This document shows, piece by piece, positions 1 through 12,354 of a stretch of DNA of 57,129 nt; the first letter of the stretch is position 1; each line of letters starts with the position of its first letter. Where the stretch lies: positions 20,998,500 to 21,055,628 of the forward strand of contig JAUZTB010000063.1 in assembly GCA_034780895.1 (NCBI GenBank), given 5' to 3'. The notes beneath the pieces were generated by a model. It was not told the DNA's origin. It made no database searches and saw only the letters and a list, made by a program, of their open reading frames with translations. Made by a program: the position numbers and the translations under genes. The DNA is from Rhynchobatus australiae. Its lineage: Eukaryota.

Positions 1-654
1 TTTTTTTTTCCTGTTTTTTTAAAATCATTGTAGTTGCTAATTTCCTGTAATTTCCTTTGCATCACATGTGCCATTTATAGAACCTCCCAGCAGATGAGCG
101 TGCTGCTGTGTTCTCCGAGAGAATGATTCCCTTGTGTAAAAGCTGCGCAGTCGGTGTATGTAACATTGTGCAGATTGTGGAGGAGGAAGTTCTGCAACAA
201 TACACTGACTTCTTAATCTTCTAACTTTTGTGAACCTTTGCTTCTGTGCTGGCAAACAAGATTCCTTTCTATTGACATGTTAGAAATGAGGCTAAATGGG
301 TGAAGGCATTGGCACTAAAAAACCTTTTGAAAGCTATCCATAATCAAGAGCTGAAAACCATTCTGATGATACACAAGAGAGCCAATCATGTTTGCATAAT
401 TGTAATTCTGAGTGGAAGAACTACTAGAATGGGCTAAAATTGTCGGAGATTTATATTAAATTCAGTGACATATATATGATTCTGGTACCCAATAATAATC
501 AACTGGATATCTGTAAAACGCACAATAAAACACTTGTACATCAGGGTGTGTATTTGTTTCTCTGTAGTTCCTCTTGTATCTTATTGATATAGTTATTAAG
601 CTGTTAATGCCAATCTTAAAATTGTATAGGGAGGGCTTCAGCACAAAAGAACGT

Positions 655-1210
655 AAATATGTTTAAGATATAGGAGCAAGTATAGGCCGTTTGGCAGTTT
701 GAGCCTGCTCCACTGCACAAAAATATTATGGTTGGTCTTCTACCTTGTGCATTTAACCACTCTATTCTTATACTCTCCTATTCCTTTTGTATTCTGAAAT
801 CTATTCCTTTTTAACAGCACTCAATAACTGAGCACCCACAACCCGCTAGGAGAGAAAATTCCCAAGATACATGACTATTTGAGTGGAGAAATTTCTCCTC
901 ATCTTGGTGTTAAAAGGGTAAACCCTTATTCTGAGACCATAATCCCTAATTCCAGACTCCTGTCAGGAGGTAACATCTTCGCTGCATCTTCATGCTTGAT
1001 TCAGTTTCACTCAGATCACCTCTCACTTTTTTGAACTCTAGGGAATTTATACTAATCAATTTCTCCTCAACAACCAACTTCCCAAAATAGGGAATTGGTA
1101 TAGGGAATTTTTGTTGCTCGACCTCTAAGATAAATTTTCATTCCTTATCTGGAGAGATCAAAGCTACATCCAGTTGTAGTTTCAACAATACTTGTATAAT
1201 TTGTGTAAGA
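655..1210 (-). mobile_element. CR1-type LINE, 3' end fragment (degenerate)
   Basis: Starts with TAAGATATAGGAGCAAG...GGCC...GAGCCTGCTCCAC, which resembles the reverse complement of the chondrichthyan CR1 3' tail as I recall it. Continues into RT C-terminal-like sequence. Confidence 0.7.
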
Positions 1211-1450
1211 TCACCTGGAGCAAGTCGAGTGGAACCAATATCAACCACTGGTTGTACTCATCTTCACACTTCCATCTTTAGTAATGTCAGTACACCTGGC
1301 AGCTAATATTCTTAAAAGCATGTTATGCCAATGCCTAGAGATGAACACCTCACCCCTTTAACATTATACGGCAATCCTTATGTAATAATGGCTAATGTAA
1401 TTTCCTAATTGCTAGATCTGCACTCACTTTCCACGTCCATTGAAAGGATG

Positions 1451-1562
1451 CTGTAGTGTAAATGGTCATGGCTATCATGTGACCATGACAACACTGACCC
1501 CTCCAACTGTAGTGTAAAAGGTCATGACTGTCATGTGACCATGATAACACTGACCCCTCTGG
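1451..1562. repeat. Tandem repeat, two copies of a 56-bp unit
   Basis: CTGTAGTGTAAA.GGTCATG.CT.TCATGTGACCATGA.AACACTGACCCCTC begins at 1451 and again at 1507. Confidence 0.9.
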
Positions 1563-1811
1563 CTGGGATGACACCATTGAGCACATAGCCGAAAGCAACA
1601 CCACTGTCAATCAAGGTTTGGCTNNNNNNNNNNNNNNNNNNNNNNNNNNNNNNNNNNNNNNNNNNNNNNNNNNNNNNNNNNNNNNNNNNNNNNNNNNNNN
1701 NNNNNNNNNNNNNNNNNNNNNNNGGTGAGCTGTGCACTACTTCAGGGCAGTTAGTTAAGGACTCCTGAGACCAAAGAGCCGATGTTTGTCCAGAGTCAGG
1801 CTGTTCAAACA

Positions 1812-1838
1812 TGATAGAGATAGAGATAGAGATAGAGA
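1812..1838. repeat. (GATAGA)n microsatellite
   Basis: Directly visible in the sequence. Confidence 0.9.
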
Positions 1839-1966
1839 GAATTTGTTCCTTTCCATTCTGTTCCTGCGTCTGTCTTTGTAAATAAAATTCTCCCTTTTAA
1901 AGTACAAAGACTGGATGTCCAGATTCCTTTTACTTTTAAGATCCCAAAAGAACCTTTCTCACAACA

Positions 1967-3070
1967 GATGCACAATTATCTCTGCCCTTTCTTCTATGAT
2001 TTAATAAAATATTCTGCTTTTTCCTAACAAAGTAAATAACTTCACATTTCACCACATTATATTTATGTCCACCCAGTTAAATTGTCTGTTTCTGCTTACA
2101 ATCTCATCATCTTTTCCTCAGAATTTCTCAGCTGGGTCTGTAACATAGCAAACTTGGGTATAACATGTGGGTATACCCAGTCCCCACATTGAATATGGTT
2201 CCCTGAAACTCAAGCACTGACCTTTGTGACTCTCCAGTGGTCACAACCTGCCAAACCACAAGACTCTCCTTTATTCCTATTCTCCATTTACGACTCTGAC
2301 CAATATGGGTCATCTGTCCCATGAGCCCTAATTTTATTTAATCACCCTTTAAAAAGCACACTATGAAATGCTTCTTAAAAATCTAAATACTACATCCAGT
2401 TCCTCCCTTAACTAAATACAGTTTCAAAAAATTCTAATAAATGTGTGAAACACAATGTCCCTTTCATAAATTTATATTGACATTTCCCAATCACCTTATG
2501 ATTTTCTACAAATCCTGTTATCCCAGTAATATGTTCGACAGTCCCCGACTATTGACGTCAGGCTAATTAGCCAATTGTTCCTTGTTTTCTCTCTCCATCC
2601 TTCTTGATCAGTAATTTTAGAATTTGGACAAATGCATCTACTATATCTGGAGCCACTTCTTAAAACTCAGGAAATGGACATTGAGGGATAGATCTATTTT
2701 TAGATTTAATCATTTGTCATCTCTATTTGTTTACTAGTAATAATTTCCTTCAGCTGCTCATTCTCTTTTGACCTCTGGATTTTTAGTACTTGTCAGATTT
2801 CTTTTTTCCACCATGAAGATTGTGTTCAATATGTGTTATTTCATCATTTACTTTTATAATTCTTTGTAAAAAATCCTTTTTACTATGTGTTTGTCTACTC
2901 CTTTTTACACACATATTTTATGTATGTTTTCATACCTCATGCTAGTTTATTCATAATCTTTCTAACACTTTATTAATTGGTCATCCTTTGCTGAATTCTA
3001 AAATGCTCCCAACGTTCAGACTTACTACATCTTCTGCCAACGTTATATGCCACTTCATATAATCTAACAC
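1967..3070 (-). mobile_element. CR1-type LINE ORF2 fragments (continuation, heavily decayed)
   Basis: AAGTAAATAACTTCACATTTCACCACATT, CCCGACTATTGACGTCAGGCTAATT and similar stretches match reverse-complemented CR1 RT-region motifs. Confidence 0.65.
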
Positions 3071-3929
3071 TCTGTTGGGTCCACAAATAGTTGAAGTATT
3101 GAGATGAGTTTAGTGGTGATCTTCATCTCTCCTCTTAGCAACTAGAAAATGTTGCCATTCTATTGCTTCCACATCTGAACAAAAAGCAGCAAATAACTTG
3201 AATTTATTGAATCTAATTGATAGCAAAAATACATTTAATCAAAATATTTCTTGGCAGCAAGTTTATTCTACATGCAGGACAAATGAAGACCCTATTCTGT
3301 AAAATTTCTTGATTCTTTATTCTCACTGATGCAGTGCAGACCCTCTTCTTATTGTAGTCTGTGGCCTCTGTCATGCCCACATTGTTATTTTAATAACTCA
3401 AAAATGAATTAATATAAAATATATGATTTTATTGTACCTTGCCTTGATTACTGACCTTGTTTCAAACTGGGACTGCAAAGTATTTTAACTTCAGATAAAG
3501 GAACTGTGAAATGATATATATTTCAAGGAGATTGTTACCCCAATACTATAAAGTTAGGTTCAGAAAATAATCTCAAAGAAAACAGTGAGACTTAGAGAAT
3601 CATGTCTAGCAGATTTCTGTGGTAGTTAACTTTATTTGATTTTGGTTGCAAGCAGGAAATCCATAAAAGTTTAGAAGTCTCTACATGGTGGTGCTCAAGG
3701 GCAATTATTTTTAAATTACCTCTGCCTTCCTGCTTTATTCTCAGAAATACAGGAAGAGGCCATTTAACTGAAAAATATATTTATAAATATTATCTCAGTG
3801 TTCCCTTGACACACATTGATCGCCTATATACAATTGACTCCTTCATGAGATATAGATGTCAAAACATTGATATAATGTACGAAGAACTTGGCAAGTTATG
3901 CATCTCAAGTCCCAGAACTAGCACTCCAC

Positions 3930-4062
3930 CTTAAAGGATATGGGGTTAGTGCAGGAATGTGGCGCTAAGGTGAAAGATCAGTTATGATCTTATTGAATGG
4001 CAGAAAAGGCATGAGAGGCCAAGCAGCTTCGTCCTGCTATTTCTTATTAGGTTCATATGTTC
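3930..4062 (+). mobile_element. CR1 3' tail fragment
   Basis: AAGGATATGGGG...GATCAGTTATGATCTTATTGAATGGCAGAAAAGGCATGAGAGGCC...TATGTTCC. Confidence 0.7.
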
Positions 4063-4199
4063 CTTTGATATACACTGCCAATATGAAATATCTGCACAAA
4101 TATTCAATGTTTAGAACCTCAAACAAGTGTTCGAACACAGAGGGATTGTATAAGGCTGAATCTGCAAACCACCAAAGTAAAACACTGTGGGCGCAAGGA

Positions 4200-4390
4200 A
4201 TCTGAAATGAAAACAGAAAATGTTGCGAATACTCGACAGGTCAGGCACATTTGTGGAGGGAGAAGGAAGGTTAATGCTTCAGGTCTATGACCCTGATGAA
4301 CAGACATCAACCTGAAACATTAACCCTCTCTCTTTCTGTGGATGATGCCTAGCCTGCTGTGTTTCAGCACTTTGTTTTTATTTCTGAATC
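4200..4390. mobile_element. Palindromic non-autonomous element made of two inverted Penelope pLTR halves, with a central hammerhead motif
   Basis: The left arm AAAACAGAAAATGTTG...GTGGAGGGAGAAGGAAGGTTAATGCTTCAGGTC is approximately complementary to the right arm ACCTGAAACATTAACCCTCTCTCTTTCTGTGGATG...TTTGTTTTT. CTGATGA is at 4293 and GAAAC at 4314. Confidence 0.7.
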
Positions 4391-7184
4391 CACAAACTAT
4401 TTGATTGGCTGAAATTATACAATTTATTTTAATGGCTTGGGTAAGTTGATTAAGTGGTGAGGCTTAAGGCCAAAATGTCTTTACATTCACTCAAATCTTT
4501 CATTAGCAGAGAAGCTGCAGGATATTGCAGCATGACTTCTTGTCCTGTGAATTGGCAATGGGGATCAGTGCTGCACACATTAAGCACTTACATATCTGAT
4601 AAACTCAGTCATTTCTCTCCCTTCTGACAAGTGCCAACCCTTATGGAAGTTGTGTATGCGTTCTGTCAATAAAGGCACATGTTTCTTGTCTAACTACAAT
4701 TGCTAATAACTTCGCCCTCTTAAGTTGTAATGGGTAATTTAATTGATTAATGGAGAAACTGAGAGAAAAAAATTATGCAGTTTGCATGACCTTTGATCAT
4801 TCTTAAAATGTAATGTTTGCACAGAAATCAAACTTGTGCAGTATGCTGATAAAAGCCCTCAGAAAAATAAAGAGGCATACTAACGTACAGCAAATCTGTT
4901 CAGNNNNNNNNNNNNNNNNNNNNNGCATACACTATTTTTTAGGTAACAGTGCTCCATCAGAAAATTACTAAGAGCTCAGAAACTAATGGGGAGTGGGGGT
5001 GAGGGGGCATGGGGGTTAAAGAAATCATGCAGTCTATTGATTTAGTACCAACATTCATTAAGAATGGCTACAAAGTCCATTTAAACTGGTTCTGCATTGC
5101 AAAACCAGAAGAGCTTGATATTTCTGCAACATAAGCAATTATTCTTTAGGGGAATTCTACAGAATGACCACAAATAAAACTTAATGCAGAGGACCCCCCA
5201 GTCCCCCTCTCCCCCCACCAGAGATGATCCCTTGTAAGGAAATTATGATACCTCTGGAAATGAAAATTGTTTCAGTTTATTTGCTGCTGTGGGAAGTTTG
5301 ATATTGACGTGAATATGTACGCAACTGTTAACAAATATATGCCAGTTTGCAAAACTCTGCTTGGCACTTGCGTCTGCTCACTTTCACTGGTGGAACATCA
5401 TTCAATTGTATGCATCACTGAATTTGACTGGGAAATGACTTTAATGCAGTAACAATTGCACTGTACTATGTGCATCCTTCTCTTTCCCCGACAGTCATGA
5501 CTGCTGTAGTTTTGAGACCAATAACTGTGATAGAATGGTTCAAATGGTGTAAGTTTAATAAATGTGGAAAGCAATTACAGTAAACAAAAGTGGTTTTCAG
5601 CCCTTTGAGTGCCCTGGCTCTGACTATGGCTACATTACTTCTCTTTCCCCATAACCCTACAACATGTCTCTTTTGGATATTTAGAAAATTCTTTTGTAAG
5701 CTGCCAATGAATCTGTAATCTACAGCAGTTCAGGCTGAGTTTGCTAAATCCATGCAATTCACTGTGGAAAGGAACATTTCCTCATGGTTCTTCTGGTACC
5801 TGTGACTGATCCTCAGTCATTGGTTACAGAAGAAACCAAATTGGATAGCCCTCCACCCCCAGTAAGCACAAGGGTCAAAATACAATGTTCAACTACAACC
5901 ATTCAGCGCAGATAACACACTAAGTGGAGGATGTATTGTTAAACATCCTATACCATGGGGAAGTCTAGAATCCTTGCAAAACTGTCAACCCATTCTCCCA
6001 CCTGCTCTGTTGCAAGGCAGAGTGAAAGTTACTCAGCTCTCCTAAGCTTGGTTTCACCAGCAAGATTTCATTCCTTGTGCACCAGTGGTGGGCAGTTCCA
6101 CCCTGAATAAGGCCTGATGCTCATAGAGACTTTGGTAACCGCTGGCAATTTGGTCCATAACCTTAAGACTGAAGTTGTGGCTGCTAGGGGTGGCACTGCC
6201 ATTCTGAAGCAAGGACATCTCCCGTTGTTCCTCACTGAGATTCAAGTCAGACAGTTGGGCAAGTTTGACCTCCTGCTGACAAATCTTCTTCCCCCCTGCG
6301 CTTCCTATAGCTTGTCATCTACTCTTTCTCCAGGTAATGCTCTACTCCAAAGGGAGTGCCAACAAATGCCCTGTGCTTGGGAGCAACTAACTTACTGGAA
6401 GCTTGAATTCAGGGCCAAGTTCTTCAGTACCTTTTATGATGCTCCTTGCAGAGTTTAGCAACACTAGTAAGTAAACCTATGGAAGTTTATTACAAGCCAT
6501 CACAAATCAATAAACAATTAACTTGCATTGCGTGGATGGTCTATTTCAATGATGTGGTGGCGGGTCCTGTTTCCTCATGTACATGTGTTCAGTGTGTGGA
6601 ATTGAGGACAGATGTTACCTGGAGTGTGAAGCTGCAACCTGATAATGCTCACATCAAATTATTTGACTGTTCTGCATACTTCCAGCTTAGTAAACACCAA
6701 TATTCTCACACTATGGCAGTTAGCAGGTCTCACTTAACAGATGTGTACGTGTGCATTAACCACCATATTGGCATCAATTTGGCATCTGTGGCACCCAATC
6801 AACAAGCACTGACTGTGAAGTTGGATTTTGCAACCTGTATCACCTTATCTTAGTCTGACTCACCTCAGGTGTTACCTGCTGGAGGTAATGGTTATCTTGT
6901 CCAGACCTTACACCAGCAGACAATGCACACTGGTTAGATCAGGCAGGTCCAGGACAACTCAGCCTAGTGATTCATTATAGGATGATGCTTGTCTCTAATC
7001 TGACTGGCTCAGACTTGCCAGCTCACATTCCTCCCACTTGACTCAAGAACTGGTTACAATTTACAGGTCTACACTGACCCGAGTCTTCCTTCAGGAGCTG
7101 AACACCTTCAGAGTGAAGTGTTGAGTCAAAAGACAATAGTTCTCCACAGGAAATAGGTGCACCACTGAATCTTTATTATTTATT

Positions 7185-7355
7185 TATTTGTTCTGGGGAT
7201 GCTGATATTGCTGGCCATGCTGGCTGTTTTGCCTTTCCCTGACTACCCATGAACTGAGGAAGCAGTTAAGAATCAATCATGGTGAATGGGTCTGCAGGCA
7301 CATGTAGTCCAGGCTGGGTAGGAAGGTAGTTTTCTTCACCAAGGGACATTTCAGG
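7185..7355 (-). mobile_element. Chondrichthyan SINE fragment (same family as 42870-43265)
   Basis: GGGATGCTGATATTGCTGGCCATGCTGG...CAGTTAAGAATCAATCAT...GGGTCTG is approximately the reverse complement of the 43100-43250 sequence in this window. Confidence 0.6.
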
Positions 7356-8808
7356 GATCCTTTGAGAGATGTTTGGGCTTATTTGGATAATGTAGATCAG
7401 GGAAGTATTTCTTAGTACCTCCATATTCCATTATGTAAATTTTAGCCACTCATAAATGACTGTAAAAATGTTATTCTTTCATTAAAGCTACTTTCTGACA
7501 CAACGAATGAGTTTTCACAGTGAGAATCCTGTCTCTGAGCCTAACCTGGTCTGATGATGAGTGGGCACCAGCACTTCAGCTCTGAATTCTGTGTTGATGA
7601 CCAAGGAGATGGTAATTTTCAGTGAGTCCCCCCCTACTTCACTAACTCCCCTCCCCCAACAACCCCATCCCTCTCAACTCCCAACCTTTGAATTTCCAGA
7701 TTGAAATGTTTTATAAATTCTCCCAATGTACAGGACCAAACACTATTTGATGGTATGTAGATGGTTACGTTCACAGAAAGAGTAATCATCTTTCAGCCTG
7801 TCAAATTGCTCACGAGTCTTTGAATCCTTGCTTCACTTTCAAGAATTTAATTTGCATCAGTAAGTCAGAGAAATATTTTGCAGGCTAATGTACTTCTTTG
7901 TCCTTTCATTTTCAACTCCTTGTATCTATTGTGTCTCCTTCAGCACAAGATTGGAATGGACCAATCATACTGACTTTTTCACAGACATTGCCAATGTCAT
8001 GACACCATGAGTCTTGTAGTTAAGAGAAGTTACTTTCTCCATCCATCTCCCCCAGGGGTTGACCAAATCCCCTTCAGATAACCTGGTGATGACAACATTG
8101 GCTCTAACAAAGTAAGAACGCATTCACATTAAAGTTGATTATAACCAGGGTCTGAACTTATGTTTTCTTCCTCCCCTCATTAAGAAGTTGATGTTTTATT
8201 TTGCCAATTTTACGTCACTATATCGAGGCTGTTTCTGTCATTGCTGTGCCAAACATGCAAAACTACTCAGATTCCATTTGATGTCCCAGTGGAAACAGAT
8301 AAAACCTCATTAGTGTATTATAAAAACAAATTAAATCCACATTGCTCAGTGATGTTTAAACTGCATTCCAGTTGAACTGTTTCATTCTATCTTCTTAGTG
8401 TAGAGTTTGTTTGTCACACATAATAAAATCTCCAAATATACAGAGAGAATCACCTTTTTAAGTAAATACAAACTACATGAAATGGATTTAGTATAGAAAA
8501 GCTGAAATTCAGATGTTGATTTCACTCAATGGACAATTTTTACTACTTAGGTAACTCCTCGTCAACAGATATCAGGTTAAAGAATACGCTCTGCGCAGCA
8601 TTATAGAAAAGCACATTGCTTTACACTAACTGCTCTCAACTCAATAACTTGCACAAAAAGGGATTCGTGGTCTTTCCCATTTTCCATCACACATCCACAT
8701 TTTTTCATCTTTCACAATATTTTTATTTAATAGAAAGTCCAACACATCAAGAACACGATATTTAATAATTCTGAACATAGAAATAGTTATTTCTCATGTT
8801 GCACTTAC

Positions 8809-8911
8809 CTTTAGATGTGAGATACACTCGTGGCAAAGTCTGTCGCAGGCCAAAAACTTTGTTGTACTCCAGAAAGATTCCCAGAATCATAAGAAGAAAT
8901 AATTTTGCCAT
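8809..8911 (-). CDS. SEMA3C: Class-3 semaphorin, first coding (signal peptide) exon; SEMA3C-like
   Basis: ATG at 8911-8909 encodes MAKLFLLMILGIFLEYNKVFGLRQTLPRVYLTSK plus 1 nt (103 nt, phase 1). Hydrophobic signal peptide followed by the Sema3 PR-x-x-L-(S/T)-x-K/E motif; RVYLT matches human SEMA3C ARVYLTFDE, which also has 34 residues before that E. Donor AAG|GTAAGT at 8808. Paralog identity rests on only 34 aa. Confidence 0.8.
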
Positions 8912-8947
8912 TTTTGAGCTTGAAGTATTGGGTTCAGATGAAATAAT
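8912..8947 (-). other. 5' leader part of the semaphorin exon with its splice acceptor
   Basis: Acceptor CTGTCTTAATTTTCCTGCAG| ends at 8948. The 36-nt leader is stop-free and in frame (IISSEPNTSSSK), so at least one upstream exon is required. Confidence 0.75.
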
Positions 8948-9589
8948 CTGCAGGAAAATTAAGACAGAGCTGTTACATAGATTTTATTTACAATATACCA
9001 TTATGTGATAAGACATCTGCAAAGTTATACTTGTTTTGATCTATTAAAAATGCTGTTTTCCATTAAAAAATTGCTTGACCTAGGCTACAATCAAAATGAA
9101 GTGGCTTAAGATGTTATGCATACATTAATGTTCTCACTAATGAATTGTCCCATCAAAGTTCTGCAAGAATGGCTTTATTGCCTTTGGAATCTTGCTATGC
9201 TTCCATTACATGAAGATAGACAACTGAAGATGTGGAGACGCAATAAGCTACATTGTTAAAATGAATTCAATTCATAAAAGGGTCCATTTCACTTCTATAA
9301 TATTTATCACTCCAGTTTAATGGCTGTACTTCATGCCAGCTCTAGAGTTTAAACCTTGGTAAAATTACCTTCTTGCCAGTATTATGTTGATATGACCTCT
9401 CCAGATACCTGCACTACACATTGACAGGCCTGTCTCCCAGGAATAAGCAGTGATTCCATCAATCATATGAGCAGTGGGATAGTGTGAGTGAAAATCTCGT
9501 GTCCCTATTCAACATGGAGGAAGCCCATTCAGCTCAACTCAGTTCTCTGTAACCTCTTTCACATGCCCATCAACTTCCTCTGATCCTTC

Positions 9590-9805
9590 TGCCCCATCCA
9601 CCTGAAATGGAGATAATTTACAGTCACCAATTAACCTACCAACCATCATATCTTTGGGATGTGGGAGAAAACTGGAGCACCCGAAGGAAACCCACATGGT
9701 CACAGGGAGAACATACAAACTCCACACAGACATCACCCAAGGTCAAACTTGAAGCCTCGTCTGTGGAGTTGTGAAGCTGCCGTACTACTTAGCACTCCAT
9801 AGTGC
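9590..9805 (-). mobile_element. tRNA-derived HE1/V-SINE-like SINE
   Basis: CCAATTAACCTACCAACC...TTTGGGATGTGGGAGAAAACTGGAGCACCCGAAGGAAACCCACATGGTCACAGGGAGAACATACAAACTCCACACAGAC, the reverse of the SINE core also seen at 19.5, 50.8, 52.4 and 55 kb. Confidence 0.85.
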
Positions 9806-11134
9806 AATCTTGCTGAATACTTTCTAGTTCCTTGCTTTGAGAACATATAATTGCCTTTGAAACTGTATTTGGTACATCAAACTATAGCCTGCTTCAGGCA
9901 TCCCCATGTTCAGATTGACACTTATTATTAACTTGGGTGAATTCCATGCTTGAGCCAATCATTTAGTGGACACGAGCTCTTAAAAAAATCATATGAATTT
10001 ATCATTGACACAATATTTTGTATAAACAAAACACCTCCTTAAAAATAATCACGATTTCAAACAAATATTAAATGGGAAATAATTTGTCAATAAATCAATG
10101 GTAAAGGAAAAACTGCAAAATATACTGGAAAGATAAATTTGAATCGTCTCCAGGTAGCAAATAAACTTAAAAGGATTGGATCCCTAGTTAATCATAATTG
10201 GGTGGTTTGATCCTGGAGCAATGGCCTTTCCTTGAAGTCAACATATGGCAAGCAGATTTAAGAGCTGCTATTGTGATTCAAAGTTGTGATTTACAACTCA
10301 ATATCCTATTACATCCATTTGTTGTTCATGGAAGACATGTAAGGTGAATGTTTTACAAACATTCATACCAGAATGTAAGGCATTCAATCAATATTAAATC
10401 CAACATTCATCACTGAGTTTTTTGATATTGCTCCAAATGAACAATTCAATTTCCAGCTTTCCATTTTCTAAGACATTCTCTTTGCCTGTTACAAATAACA
10501 ACATCATTCGCATTGCACTTAGGTTGATATTGGAGCCGAATACATATTAGCATTAATCAGTAAAATAAATTTGGGCATCATCGGGTTATTTCTCGGATCC
10601 TGAGCTTCCAGTGGGAGCAGGTGGCATAGGTCAACAGTGTTGCTCCAATTTTGTAACCAATACTCCCCAGGGACTACAGGATCACACAATTCTCCCTCAC
10701 AGTATTACATTCCTCGCTTCACAAAGCCTTAATATAACTTTGCCGACAGCAGAGTTTTAATTCTACTAAGAAATCTAGGTGAAGACAAAGACAAACTGAA
10801 AGATAGCACTCAAGTTGAAATAGCAGGGTAGACTGAGAATTGACATAAAAGGATAGGAAGCTTGTCATAGTAACCTCATGGTAATTTTTGACACTGCTTT
10901 GGAACCACAGATGGCTGGGAGTGTGTTCCAAGGCTTAGCTATTATCTTGCAGCACNNNNNNNNNNNNNNNGTTTATGAAAACTCATCTGATCCCAAGAGT
11001 ATATTAAATCTTGAATATATTCATTAAGGCTTTTTTGAAAACATCTCAAGATGTACTTATGTAGACAAATCCCCTCCAAATGTTTTCCCATGTTCATGTT
11101 GTCAGCTCGCACAGATAAATTTTCTTTTCATAAG

Positions 11135-11275
11135 AAATCAAAAATCAGAACACTGCAGATGCTAAAAATCTGAAGTGAAAAGAGAAAGTGCTGGAATACT
11201 CATCAGGTCAGGCAGCATCTGAGGTGAGAGAAACAGAATCAATACTTCAGGTTAATGAAATTGCATTAGAACTCA
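11135..11275 (-). mobile_element. Penelope-like pLTR fragment
   Basis: CTGCAGATGCTAAAAATCTGAA...GTGCTGGAATACTCATCAGGTCAGGCAGCATCTG...GAGAGAAACAGA; homologous to the other pLTR copies in the window. Confidence 0.75.
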
Positions 11276-11953
11276 TTTTTCCCATCTGCCAAATGATAGA
11301 ATGAATAGTTGCTGGGTGGGCCTTGCACCTTCCTTTCAATACCCTGGGTTCTGTTGCAAATCACTAACCTGAAATACAGAGCCAGATTTTGCAGGAGTCA
11401 GGTCAATGAATCTACAAGTATTGAACTCACTTAACTAACAACTGTGAATGTCAATGCAGGAATCTAATATTTACTGACAGCAGTTAGCTGCTGAGGAGGT
11501 GATACTGGGAGTTATTCTCCATTGATTTCAATGGAGGGGATTGGCTGAGCGGAACAGAGGTAAGCATTTAGTCTTTTCATTTTCAAAGCACTTTCTTACT
11601 GTTTAAAGTATTTTTAAAAGTTGTATACTTTTAAAACATTTTACAAAACTTTATAAAATATTGTTGATTGTTTCTGAATGAGACATGCAGCCTTTGACAA
11701 TTCAGGCTAGGTCAGGGGGTATGGTTTAGCTGGTTGTTCATTTCCTCCTTTTGTGGGGCTGGAGCTTGCTTTGGCCACCACGTGGTTCTTCTTCCACGTT
11801 TCAGGGTCTCTCCATGAAGAATTGGACCAGCTTACCCCAGATGTTCCACTGGGNNNNNNNNNNNNNNNNNNNNNNNNNNNNNNNNNNNNNNNNNNNNNNN
11901 NNNNNNNNNNNNNNNNNNNNNNNNNNNNNNNNNNNNNNNNNNNNNNNNNNNNN

Positions 11954-12316
11954 GAGGGTGCAGAGGAGATTTACCAGGATGCTGCCTGGATTGGAGAGCA
12001 TGTCTTATGAGGATAGGTTGAGCGAGCTGGAGCTTTTCTCTTTGGAGGATGAGAGGTGACTTGATAGAGGTGTACAATATGATAAGAGGTGTAGATTGAG
12101 TGGCCAGTTAGAGACTTTTTCCCAGAGCAACAATGGCTAACATGAGGGGGCACAATTTTAGGGTGATTGGAGGAAGGTATAGGGGTGGATGTCAGGGTAA
12201 ATTTTTTACACAGAGATTGATGGGTGCATGGAACGCACCCACGTTAGATAGATCTTAGAGCAGCATAACATTGTGGGCCAAAGGACCTGTACTGTGCTAT
12301 TTTCTTTGTTCTATGG
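11954..12316 (+). mobile_element. CR1 LINE 3' end
   Basis: Translates RVQRRFTRMLPGLESMSYEDRLSELELFSLE, a typical CR1 ORF2 C-terminus, followed by a 3' tail. Confidence 0.9.
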
Positions 12317-12354
12317 TCTGTTGTATTCCATTGCTGAGGAATAGGGTTGTGCAG

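Larger units (their letters stand above)
1321..1966 (+). mobile_element. Probable solo LTR inserted into the CR1
   Basis: TGTT...CAACA termini, an internal 56-bp tandem duplication, (GATAGA)n, and AATAAA at about 1880 followed by a U5-like tail. It interrupts CR1 sequence. No target-site duplication was found and the left boundary is uncertain. Confidence 0.5.

Noticed and set aside
37-255. 72-aa minus-strand ORF
   Set aside because: It has a non-ATG start, no recognisable domain and no convincing splice pair.
3095-3140. Minus-strand DEDH as the next semaphorin exon (DEDQDR-like motif)
   Set aside because: An in-frame stop follows immediately and there is no surrounding Sema-domain similarity.
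6117-6853. Two adjacent ORFs of 113 and 135 aa
   Set aside because: No recognisable protein motifs; probably decayed repeat sequence I cannot classify.
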